Assembly (NCBI GenBank): GCA_963770745.1
Contig: CAVYRA010000017.1
Location: 129,642-193,641 of the forward strand
DNA: 64,000 nucleotides
From: an uncultured Rikenellaceae bacterium
Lineage (GTDB): Bacteria; Bacteroidota; Bacteroidia; Bacteroidales; VadinHA17
Direction of reading: 5' to 3'
Positions 41,606 to 50,224 of this stretch are shown here, piece by piece. Below the pieces are notes generated by a model that did no database searches, had not been told where the DNA came from, and worked only from the letters and a program-made list of their open reading frames with translations. Position 1 is the stretch's first letter; every line of letters begins with the position of its first letter. The translations under genes were made by a program, and so were the position numbers.

Positions 41606-42988
41606 CTAAAGAGCCCTCCTTCTCCTGCTGTTATAAACAACCTGGACCTTCCTGCCTTTGATGAGCAGTCCTTGCTCCTCTGTGTTGCTGTCGCGCTTTG
41701 GTATGTTCACATCAATAACCCTTTTATCAAAGAAGGTGGTTATTGAATCTACCTCGGTATGTCCGATAACGAATGCATCCGTGCTGTAATACTCAAGTGC
41801 CTGCTTCAGGGTCATATCATCAATAACTTTACTTCGTGAGCCGTCATTAGCCATACCCCTGTACCAAAGGAGCCCTTCGTTTCCAAGAATAAGATTCCTT
41901 ATCTCAGCATTCCGTTCAGATTCAGACTTATTGAGATATTGCCATACTATCTTGTTCAAGGTATCAGCCGGTAGTTGTGCGCTGTATAATTCCGGTGAGA
42001 TCCCCCCGTGAATAAATGTATAACGGTTTATTCGAAGCATCACCGGGTTCTGTCTTATCCAATAGCCAAGAACAGTTCGTTCACTGAAAAGTCCGGAGTA
42101 ATTGAGTCCTAAGTTATCACACAGGGAATAGTAGTCATCTGTAATATACCTGAGGTCACCGTTAAGGACCATCGGTTCGTGGTTGCCAAGGATCATATGA
42201 ACCATACCGCCTGCTTTGGCAGCCTGCTTTCCAAGCTTAAAAATCATCCAGTATGCTTCTGTGACCTTGCTACCCCTGTCAAAAATATCTCCCATAAAAA
42301 CCAGATGGCCCTTACCCCAGTTCCAGTTGCCCTCTTTATCAATTATGCTGTTATTTCCAAGAAGGGCTGCAACCCTGTCATATTCCCCATGAATGTCACC
42401 CACCACAAAAATCTTTCTGACATCTGACCATGAGCTTTTTTTCGGAAGATATTCAGCATCAAAGCCGAGGTCTTCCGGTTCGATGAGGATTCCTCCCATA
42501 TTGTAGGGAAGATCTCTTGTCAAAACGGTATCCCTTTTAATTGAAGAACTGGCTGTTTCATTGTCATGTTTAAGTACTGCCACTTCAAATCTTGAAGAAT
42601 CAATAACCGTGACGTGGGGTCCTTCAACCATATCGGGGATGTTTTTGGAGAAGGTCCTGGCTCCATGTTCAAGTAGTATCGCCCTGATCTCTCCCCTGTT
42701 TCTCTTGGTTGCATAATCAAGCGGAGTCCATCCCCTTTTGTCTTTAAAATTTACATCGATTCCATTTCCGATCAATGTTCTTACCATATCCGTATCCCCT
42801 GTTATGACTGCTCTTAGCAGAGAGTCTGACGGGGTTACTGCGTCACTAACTGCACCCGACTGAGGGGAAAACCCCGATCCTGGTACAGCGGCTGAAAGAC
42901 AGAGTGAGAAGAAAACCGAAAATATCAGGATCAGGAATGAAGCTTTCAGAACTGAAGCCTGGCTGGAGTGTATGGCAAAACGAGTCAT
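41606..42988 (-). CDS. Secreted ankyrin-repeat / calcineurin-like metallophosphoesterase fusion protein
   Basis: 460 aa with an N-terminal hydrophobic signal and an ankyrin repeat (LLRAVITGDTDMVRTLIGNGIDVNFKDKRGWTPLDYATKRNRGEIRAILLEHGA). PPP-type motifs GDIHG, GDIFDRG and GNHE are present. Confidence 0.8.
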   Translation of the reverse strand: MTRFAIHSSQASVLKASFLILIFSVFFSLCLSAAVPGSGFSPQSGAVSDAVTPSDSLLRAVITGDTDMVRTLIGNGIDVNFKDKRGWTPLDYATKRNRGEIRAILLEHGARTFSKNIPDMVEGPHVTVIDSSRFEVAVLKHDNETASSSIKRDTVLTRDLPYNMGGILIEPEDLGFDAEYLPKKSSWSDVRKIFVVGDIHGEYDRVAALLGNNSIIDKEGNWNWGKGHLVFMGDIFDRGSKVTEAYWMIFKLGKQAAKAGGMVHMILGNHEPMVLNGDLRYITDDYYSLCDNLGLNYSGLFSERTVLGYWIRQNPVMLRINRYTFIHGGISPELYSAQLPADTLNKIVWQYLNKSESERNAEIRNLILGNEGLLWYRGMANDGSRSKVIDDMTLKQALEYYSTDAFVIGHTEVDSITTFFDKRVIDVNIPKRDSNTEEQGLLIKGRKVQVVYNSRRRRAL

Positions 42989-43075
42989 GGTTTCTGTTAG
43001 TAAATAATTAGGATCTTCAATGGTTTAACAATGCGGATGGTTGCATTTCAGGAAAATAATTCCAGAAGATCTTCA

Positions 43076-43108
43076 GATCCGGAGGCACCAAACGAAGCCC
43101 TCCGGATC
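43076..43108 (-). terminator. Hairpin downstream of susD-like gene
   Basis: gatccggagg (43076-43085) pairs with cctccggatc (43099-43108). There is no U-tract. Confidence 0.35.
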
Positions 43109-43191
43109 CAAAGAAAATCAGCAATAAATGATAACCTGCCTGTAAGCTGTATTGAAGGCCCGGCTATTGTTTTCTATTTCCTGCTGCCTGG

Positions 43192-44637
43192 TTATTGAGA
43201 GTAACCGGTATTCTGAACCATATTCCCGTTAGCATCCATTTCATACCTGGGTATAGGCAGTATAGCGTGGAAATAATTCCTGTTATAACTCTTTACCTCA
43301 TCTATGAGGTTAGGTATATGCCATCCTCCGCTTCTGTTGATAGTTTCATTGTTTCTGAGCGCATCGAATTGCCTGTGACCTTCTCCTACCAGCTCCTTGC
43401 GTCTTTCTTTTATCACCTGCTCAAGAGTTACGGTTCCGGTGACGGAATTTGCAGGATTGGCTCTTTTGACAATGGCCTCCAGATAAGTTATCGCCTTGTC
43501 ATTGTCACTTGTTTTTACTGCACTCTCTGCAGCATTAAGATAGGCCTCGGACAGTCTGATAACAGGAACGTTGGAATTTCTGACATCTGTATCCGGACCC
43601 GTGTATTTCAGCAGGTATACCTTTCTTGTTCTGTTATATGCGCTGCTTGAGGTTTCCAGTTTCGTTACCGCATGTCTTACATCGTTCATATCCTCTTCAA
43701 GCAGGGTCAGGAAGTCGCTCGTCAGGACTATATCGTTATAACCGCCTCTGAGCAACAGGTAGGCAATACCATCATTGCCGGCCCTGTCGCTCACAGTATT
43801 CACCACCTCGAACAGTACCTCCGGCGTAAATTTGCTTTTCCATGCTGCGGTGGCTGAGCCATACTCAGCGTTGGTCCAGAGCCTGTAGCTGTTAGCCTGA
43901 GCCCCTGTAATTGCTTCCTCCGCCTGGATCAGCGCGTTTGCGTTGTCTCCCTTGTACAGGTAGACCCTGCTCAGCAATGTTTTTGCAGCCCATCTGTTGA
44001 TCTTTCCGTCATTTTTGGTAGCTTTTAACAGAGGAATAGCATCCGTCAGGTCTTTTATGATCTGTACATAGCATTCGGCAACGGTACTGCGGGGGGGCTG
44101 AAAATCGGGACCAACGACTTCCGTAACAATACATCCGCCCAATGAGGCCCCGTTGTCCTTAAGATATGTGTTTCCATATACCCGTGTAACGTCAAATAAA
44201 GCAAGAGCCCTCAGGGCAAGTGCCTGCCCTTTGACATCAGCCTTACGCTCCACATCAGCCGGAATAACCTCAAGGTCATCTATCTGTGAGAGTATGTTGT
44301 TCGCATACCGGGTAACCTCGTAGGGCTTTGACCACAAAGAGGTATAGATATTATCAGTATTACTTACCATCATATAAAACAGCGAACTGCGCTTGTTTGT
44401 ACCGGTAGCCTGCATATCGTCACCGGTAACATCGGCATAATATTGCATTCTGGCACCGTAATATTCATAACTCTGCAGAGTGGAATAGATTCCGTTTATT
44501 GCATATTCAGCGTCCACAATGTTCTTTATCGCTTCGGTTGACACCACCTCGGTGGTCGGTTTCAGGTCGAGCCACTCTTCGCTGCAGGAGATGAAGAATG
44601 CAGGAAGAAGCAGTAAAATATACAGTATTTTTTTCAT
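43192..44637 (-). CDS. SusD/RagB-family nutrient-binding outer-membrane lipoprotein
   Basis: The ATG at 44635-44637 gives MKKILYILLLLPAFFISCSEEW (lipobox). It has TPR-like SusD features and lies immediately downstream of a SusC-like gene. Confidence 0.9.
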   Translation of the reverse strand: MKKILYILLLLPAFFISCSEEWLDLKPTTEVVSTEAIKNIVDAEYAINGIYSTLQSYEYYGARMQYYADVTGDDMQATGTNKRSSLFYMMVSNTDNIYTSLWSKPYEVTRYANNILSQIDDLEVIPADVERKADVKGQALALRALALFDVTRVYGNTYLKDNGASLGGCIVTEVVGPDFQPPRSTVAECYVQIIKDLTDAIPLLKATKNDGKINRWAAKTLLSRVYLYKGDNANALIQAEEAITGAQANSYRLWTNAEYGSATAAWKSKFTPEVLFEVVNTVSDRAGNDGIAYLLLRGGYNDIVLTSDFLTLLEEDMNDVRHAVTKLETSSSAYNRTRKVYLLKYTGPDTDVRNSNVPVIRLSEAYLNAAESAVKTSDNDKAITYLEAIVKRANPANSVTGTVTLEQVIKERRKELVGEGHRQFDALRNNETINRSGGWHIPNLIDEVKSYNRNYFHAILPIPRYEMDANGNMVQNTGYSQ

Positions 44638-44744
44638 CAGTATATGATTTAAATTTTTATTGGTCTGATGGAACCCACTTGTATGATAATGATGTTCATT
44701 AATGTTTGTGAAAGTTGTACATGTGGGATTCATCGTGGTGATTA

Positions 44745-47700
44745 TTAAAATGTAATATCAAGTCCGAATGTAACTGTCTTGAGCGGAGGAGTCTGCCATG
44801 CCATTACACCGTCATTTCCCACCTCGGGGTCATACATCTTCCACTTTGCCACAGTCCAGATATTATTGGCAGAGGCAAAAACCCTTGCCCGGTCTGCTTT
44901 AATGTAGTCCGTGAACCTTGAGGGGACAGTAACGCCAATGCTTATGTTCTTAAGTCTTAAATGGTCTGTGCTGTGGATCCTGCGAGAGTTGGAATAGCCG
45001 TCTGCCAGATCCCACAGATTATTGGCGATGTACTTCCCGTATATTGTCTCATCTCCGGGCTTCCTCCATCTCTCCCTGTAATAGGTTGGAATGTTTGCAT
45101 GAAGTCCGTTTGTGGTTCCCTCCTTATCAAGTTTTCCGGCTGCCGAGTCATAGGAATACCCTCCGAGTGAATATGTAAATGTGAAGCCCAGATCAACGAA
45201 ATGATACTTTATATTATTGACCAGACCTCCTGTGACTTTTGGATAAGGGCTCTGCAACGGGATAGCGTTGGCAATGTTCAGATCCTTGGTTTTTTCCTTC
45301 ACGTAATTGCCATTTTCATCAACGGTGTTGGTATAAAACCAGGTAGTTCCGTCAGTCGGATCAATTCCGGCAAATTCCCGCAGATAAAAAGTATGGTAAG
45401 GCATTCCGACCATTCTGATCTGGGAGCCACTGATAATAGATGTCTGTATCCCGTCCAGGACAAGAATTTTGTTTCTGTTGTATGCTATATTGAAACTGGT
45501 TGTCCAGGAGAAGTCTTTCTTGCTGATAATTGTTGCCAGCACTTCAGCCTCAAGACCGCGGTTCTGCATCTCCCCAATATTGGTAAGAATTGAATTAAAC
45601 CCTGTTGTCAGTGAAGTAGGTTCATTCATTAAGAGATCTTTTGTTAACCTGTTGTAGAACTCAAATGAGAATCTCACTTTGTTTAACAGATTAATATCCA
45701 GACCGATGTTGGTGTTATAGTTGGTCTCCCATTTCAGGTTACTGTTATTGAACTGAGTTTCAACAATCCCGGGAAGACCGTTATAATCAGCCCCGTAGGT
45801 TGATAATCCCATGTATTCATAATAGCTTGAAGGCAGGGTACCGTTTACTCCGTATGATGCTCTTATTTTAACTTCGGGGAAAATATCATTCAATCCGGAC
45901 ATAAACGACTCCTCAGATACTTTCCATGCACCGGAGATTGACCAGAAATTACCCCAGCGGCTTTCGGGAGCAAGCCTGGAACTTCCGTCGCGCCTGAAGC
46001 TAAAACCTGCATAGTATTTCTTATTGTAATCATAGTTTAACCGTGAAACATAGGATAACATCCTGTAGCCATTGCTTGATCCGCTGATTGATCTTAGAAC
46101 TGACAGGTTATCAAGTTCTACCATATTCCAGTTTGCCAGGTTTTCCTTGGAAGACGAGGCGTAGTCCCTTGTATAGTCCGTAACCTCATATGCGATTAAG
46201 GCATCTATATTATGATCCTTTGCAATCGTCCTGACATACTGGAGACTGTTCGAAAGGACCATGCTCCTTCTGTCATAGAATGACTTCGAAAATGAGCCAA
46301 GGTTGGCAGGAAAAGAGCTTAACGGGTGAGTAAAAGACTTACCGTTGATCATGTTGAAATCATAACTCAGACTTGTTCTCAGTTCCAGCCCTGTAATTAT
46401 CTTGTAGCCGGCAAATACGGTGTTGAATGTCCGCATGACATTTTCAGTCTGATAGTTCAGATCAGCATAAGCCTTGGGGTTACGGCCAGTTCCATTTCTC
46501 GGAAAATCACTGGCATAACTGCCGTCCGGATTAAAAGGCACATCCCTGGGTGTTACGGTGTTAAATACCGAATAAAAAGGACTGAGATATGCCGTACCCT
46601 CTGTATTGGTGCTTTGCTTAACACTTGAAAACAGAAGATTGGCGCCCACATTCAACCGTCTGGAAGCTTCATAGGAAATATTCATACGGCCTGATAACCT
46701 GTTAAGATAACTCATTACTGAAACACCTTCCTGGTCAGTATAACCTATTGACGAGAAGATTTTCACCTTATCAGTTCCCCCAGATATCGAAATTTCATTA
46801 TTGCGGTACTTCCCTTTTCTGAACAGGATGGATTTCCAGTCAGTCCACTCACCTGTCCAGGGCAGGGCGGCATAGGTATCAATGTTGGAATCAGCATGTG
46901 CCCTGGCGGCAGTCTCGTCCATCCCCAGATAGTATATCCCCTCATTAACCAGACCTTCATAAATTGTCTCACGGCGTTCCTGGCCACTCATGAACGGACG
47001 ATATTCAGTTGCAAAATCAGAAGATCCCATTTCGGTTCTTAAGGTGACCTTTGCTGCTCCTGAGGAGCCTTTTTTAGTAGTTATTACAATCACACCGTTT
47101 GCTGCCCTTGAACCGTAAAGGGAGGCAGCGGCAGCATCCTTGATAATGGAGATGCTTTCAATATCTGACGGGCTCATGGTTGACAGTATGTCCAACCCTG
47201 AACTTGTGCCAAGTGAAGAAACGTTGCCTGATATAATAGGGACACCGTCAACAACAAACAAAGGATCATTTGACGCATTGAATGATCCGGTACCACGAAT
47301 CCTTATTTGTGTTGCTGCACCTGGCTGCCCTGATGTATTGGTAAACTGAACACCGGATACGGATCCCTGAAGCAGTTGTCCGATGTTGGTAACGGGAACA
47401 TCTGAAAGGCTTTCCATTTTAATTATACTGGCAGAACCTGCATAGGCCTCCTTTTTTACAGAACCATAGCCCGTTACTATCACCTCTTCAAGGTTAAAAT
47501 TATCTTCCTCCATGGCAATAAGCATTGGAGTTCCGGGTGTGGCACGTACTTCTTTTAATTTCATGCCTATGAAAGAAACCACCAATACGGCCTGCTCATC
47601 GGAAACCGTGAGAGTGAATGCGCCGTTTACATCAGTTGATGTTGCATTCAAAGTACCTTTCTCAACGACAGATGCCGCAGGCAAAGGCAAGTTATCCGAA

Positions 47701-47912
47701 AGCGTTGATACTATTCCGCTGACAATTAACTTCTGAACAGCAGTTACAGTTGGTGCCGACTCCTTATTGGCAGATGCCCCGGAACTGGAAGCAGATGCGG
47801 CAGCACTTGCCGGCCATAAAAAGAGTATTAAGGAGATCAGCCAGAGGAATTGGCCTGACTTAACCAGGATCAGTCGCAGTGAGAGATCCTGACATCCTGT
47901 TCTTTTCTTCAT
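44745..47912 (-). CDS. SusC/RagA-family TonB-dependent outer-membrane transporter
   Basis: 1055 aa with a carboxypeptidase-regulatory-like N-domain, a plug (VIVTGYGSVKKEAYAGSAS...), a 22-strand barrel and a C-terminal ...TVTFGLDITF. No STN/anti-sigma signalling extension was seen. Confidence 0.92.
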   Translation of the reverse strand: MKKRTGCQDLSLRLILVKSGQFLWLISLILFLWPASAAASASSSGASANKESAPTVTAVQKLIVSGIVSTLSDNLPLPAASVVEKGTLNATSTDVNGAFTLTVSDEQAVLVVSFIGMKLKEVRATPGTPMLIAMEEDNFNLEEVIVTGYGSVKKEAYAGSASIIKMESLSDVPVTNIGQLLQGSVSGVQFTNTSGQPGAATQIRIRGTGSFNASNDPLFVVDGVPIISGNVSSLGTSSGLDILSTMSPSDIESISIIKDAAAASLYGSRAANGVIVITTKKGSSGAAKVTLRTEMGSSDFATEYRPFMSGQERRETIYEGLVNEGIYYLGMDETAARAHADSNIDTYAALPWTGEWTDWKSILFRKGKYRNNEISISGGTDKVKIFSSIGYTDQEGVSVMSYLNRLSGRMNISYEASRRLNVGANLLFSSVKQSTNTEGTAYLSPFYSVFNTVTPRDVPFNPDGSYASDFPRNGTGRNPKAYADLNYQTENVMRTFNTVFAGYKIITGLELRTSLSYDFNMINGKSFTHPLSSFPANLGSFSKSFYDRRSMVLSNSLQYVRTIAKDHNIDALIAYEVTDYTRDYASSSKENLANWNMVELDNLSVLRSISGSSNGYRMLSYVSRLNYDYNKKYYAGFSFRRDGSSRLAPESRWGNFWSISGAWKVSEESFMSGLNDIFPEVKIRASYGVNGTLPSSYYEYMGLSTYGADYNGLPGIVETQFNNSNLKWETNYNTNIGLDINLLNKVRFSFEFYNRLTKDLLMNEPTSLTTGFNSILTNIGEMQNRGLEAEVLATIISKKDFSWTTSFNIAYNRNKILVLDGIQTSIISGSQIRMVGMPYHTFYLREFAGIDPTDGTTWFYTNTVDENGNYVKEKTKDLNIANAIPLQSPYPKVTGGLVNNIKYHFVDLGFTFTYSLGGYSYDSAAGKLDKEGTTNGLHANIPTYYRERWRKPGDETIYGKYIANNLWDLADGYSNSRRIHSTDHLRLKNISIGVTVPSRFTDYIKADRARVFASANNIWTVAKWKMYDPEVGNDGVMAWQTPPLKTVTFGLDITF

Positions 47913-48121
47913 ACTTGTCTGAATTAGGTTAGAGTTTTATTTGGTTAATAGTGATTTAGTAAGTCGGTAGTGACCGAATTTAGACACTAATATGATTATG
48001 AGTCATATTACAGGTAGATACAAAAACAACTGCCAGGCTTTTATTATAGCTACAAAATAGATACAAGAAGGCCTATAGCACTGATTATTTGTATTATATA
48101 ACCTGATAAAAAATGCCGGCT

Positions 48122-49924
48122 TTATGATAGCTGACTCAGAAACGAGCCCAGGTTCTCCCCTGTATTCGCTATGCCAAGTTTTTTCCGGAGTCTTGTCCGT
48201 GCAACCGTAAGGGTGTGCGGCGACTGGTGTGTAATATTGGAAATATCTTTTGTTGAAAGGTTTAACTTGAGAAAGGCACACAATCTCTTTTCATTCGGAG
48301 ACAGGTCAGGGAAGCGCTTAACAAGAGTATTGAAGAAATCAGGGTGGACTTTCAAGAAAGTACATTCGAATTCCTCCCAGGTCTTGACATTGGAATTGAA
48401 CCTGAGATCTTTTATGATATCCTTTATCGGGCTAACGCTTCCCCTGGGATCACCTATGACCTTATTCAATCGCCGGGTTATATCATTTATAAGTTCATTC
48501 TTTTCCGCCAGGTATAATGCCTTACTGAACAGCTCTTTATCCCTGAAACTGAGTTCATGTTGCAATTGTTGCTTTTCAAGGTTAAGGGCCTCCTCCCTGA
48601 GGTTTTTTTGCTTAAGCTTAATTCTCTGGATTAAATAGACAATAAGAAGAAAGAGCATAGAGAATATAAGAGCAATAAATCCAAACCATAACAGCAGTTT
48701 GGTTTTCTGATCCTTAAGCTGGTGCTCATCTCTCTCTCTCTCATAAGCGTACTCCAATTCAATCTGCTCAATTCTTTTCAGCGTTTCCTGATTGAGAAGA
48801 CTGTCTCTCAGGTTAATATATGATTTGAAGTACTCAGAAGCTTTTTTATGGTCCGCATTTTCCTCATAAAGGGCACTGAGGCTTTTCAGGATTTGCTTTG
48901 TTACTTCCAGAATGCCTATTTCTCTTGATTGACGAAGGCCATTATTATAGTATTCAGCTGCCCTGGCGTAATCTTTCATTTTGTAGTAATAGTCCCCGAA
49001 TGCCTCCAGCGAAACAGCCATACCCTTTTTATCATTGAGATCCAGAGCGAGATTATACCTCTTAGTGATATAGAACAAAGCCGAATCCATCTGTTCCATC
49101 TGAAGATAGGCTACCCCTATGTTACCGTAATTTATTGCCGCCTCAGCCTCGATACTCTGGGCAAGATTTATCGCCAGGCTCTTATGATAAAAGCTGAGCG
49201 CCTTTTCAACTTCATTCATCAGTATGTAGACGACCCCGATATTGTTGTAGGAATTCGCCAGGCCTGACATATTCCCGAGTTCTTCATTCAAAGTAAGGCC
49301 GTTGAAGTAATAGTAAAGGGACTTTTCAAATTCGCCGTTGTATTTGTAAATGCTTCCCATTACCCTGTATATCTGTGCTATGCCGCTTTTATCCCCCGTT
49401 TTCTCATATATTTTAAGCCCGGTCATGCAACTTTCAATGGCTTTCTGGTAGTTCCCGAGGGTTTTGTAAAGTGACCCTATGCTGTAATGCAGCGGGGCAA
49501 TCTTGTCTGATTGACCAGTTTCGATATAAAGATTAAGTGCTTCAAGGTAACAGCTCAGCGCCTGGGCAAAATCATCAGTATTTTCAAGAAGATATCCTTT
49601 GGTTGTCAATGCGAATGCTATACCCTTCCTGTTATCAGCTCTTTTTGCAAGCTCAAGGGCCTCCTCGGCCAGAACGCCCGCTTTTTCCGGGTCTTTCTGC
49701 CTCAATTCAAAAGCCATAAGGTTCAGATTAATTATTCTCTGGTCCTTATCCATCGTAAGATTTAGCGCACGGTTGAGGGAATCCATAGCTTCAGTCTGGG
49801 CTGTTAAAGGGGTGCTTTGGATTACCTGAAGTACTGAAAAAATCACCAACAGGGGCAATAAAACCGCATGCCTTCTGCAAGGTTCTGATGACGAACGAGT
49901 TAAGTTTTGCCCTTTGTTAATCAC
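48122..49924 (-). CDS. TPR-repeat, single-TM, LuxR-type HTH one-component regulator
   Basis: 600 aa with a hydrophobic N-terminus, ~8 TPR units, TM helix LLLWFGFIALIFSMLFLLIVYLI, a coiled coil and a C-terminal HTH (LSPNEKRLCAFLKLNLSTKDISNITHQSPHTLTVARTRLRKKLG). The start is GTG. An alternative ATG lies at 49786. Confidence 0.8.
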   Translation of the reverse strand: MINKGQNLTRSSSEPCRRHAVLLPLLVIFSVLQVIQSTPLTAQTEAMDSLNRALNLTMDKDQRIINLNLMAFELRQKDPEKAGVLAEEALELAKRADNRKGIAFALTTKGYLLENTDDFAQALSCYLEALNLYIETGQSDKIAPLHYSIGSLYKTLGNYQKAIESCMTGLKIYEKTGDKSGIAQIYRVMGSIYKYNGEFEKSLYYYFNGLTLNEELGNMSGLANSYNNIGVVYILMNEVEKALSFYHKSLAINLAQSIEAEAAINYGNIGVAYLQMEQMDSALFYITKRYNLALDLNDKKGMAVSLEAFGDYYYKMKDYARAAEYYNNGLRQSREIGILEVTKQILKSLSALYEENADHKKASEYFKSYINLRDSLLNQETLKRIEQIELEYAYERERDEHQLKDQKTKLLLWFGFIALIFSMLFLLIVYLIQRIKLKQKNLREEALNLEKQQLQHELSFRDKELFSKALYLAEKNELINDITRRLNKVIGDPRGSVSPIKDIIKDLRFNSNVKTWEEFECTFLKVHPDFFNTLVKRFPDLSPNEKRLCAFLKLNLSTKDISNITHQSPHTLTVARTRLRKKLGIANTGENLGSFLSQLS

Positions 49925-50046
49925 TTAGACATTATTTTTTCCCCGATCCAATTTTAACATTTTTATCTGAACAGTACTCCTCTTTTGGCTTTAAATTTTC
50001 CAACCAGCCATCACGAATTGATTCGGGGAGGCCTGGCCTGCCGAGG

Positions 50047-50121
50047 AGGAAGAGGAATAGACCAGGATCCCAAAACGATACGTTTTTAATCGCAGAGGCT
50101 GCCTCGGAAGGCAGCCTCTGC
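50047..50121 (+). repeat. 75-bp direct repeat, copy 2 (orphan gene-end plus terminator)
   Basis: aggaagaggaatagaccaggatcccaaaacgatacgtttttaatcgcagaggctgcctcggaaggcagcctctgc. No EF-G-like ORF lies upstream of it. Looser similarity to copy 1 extends ~20 nt further 5'. Confidence 0.9.
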
Positions 50122-50128
50122 ATTTTTT
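50092..50128 (+). terminator. Orphan plus-strand terminator hairpin within repeat copy 2
   Basis: The same 12-bp stem as at 41506, followed by atttttt. No plus-strand gene ends here. Confidence 0.5.
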
Positions 50129-50224
50129 GGCAACGGGTCTGGCGGTGATCCTCCTGGTGCGACGGCGCTGCATTTTCAAAGCAGCGCACCTCAAAGTGCA
50201 GCAACAGGTAACGGCGTAATATTT

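Larger units (their letters stand above)
41536..50046. other. Low-GC segment (candidate horizontally acquired island) between the two repeat copies
   Basis: Hand-counted GC of sampled 60-nt lines inside is 33, 33, 35, 42, 42, 43, 45, 50, 52 and 53 %. Flanking lines (30001, 33301, 40501, 51001) give 57-63 %. The segment contains four genes and no integrase. Confidence 0.45.

Noticed and set aside
44638-44733. 32-codon extension of the SusD-like ORF
   Set aside because: The internal ATG yields a classic lipoprotein signal (MKKILYILLLLPAFFISC). The extension (MNPTCTTFTNINEHHYH...) is not signal-like.
50092-50128. Orphan terminator acting as the terminator of the minus-strand polyferredoxin gene
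   Set aside because: Read on the minus strand, the hairpin is followed by gauuaaaaacg rather than a U-tract. Its identity with the EF-G-paralogue terminator shows it arrived as part of the duplicated repeat. Bidirectional function cannot be excluded, but the sequence does not suggest it.
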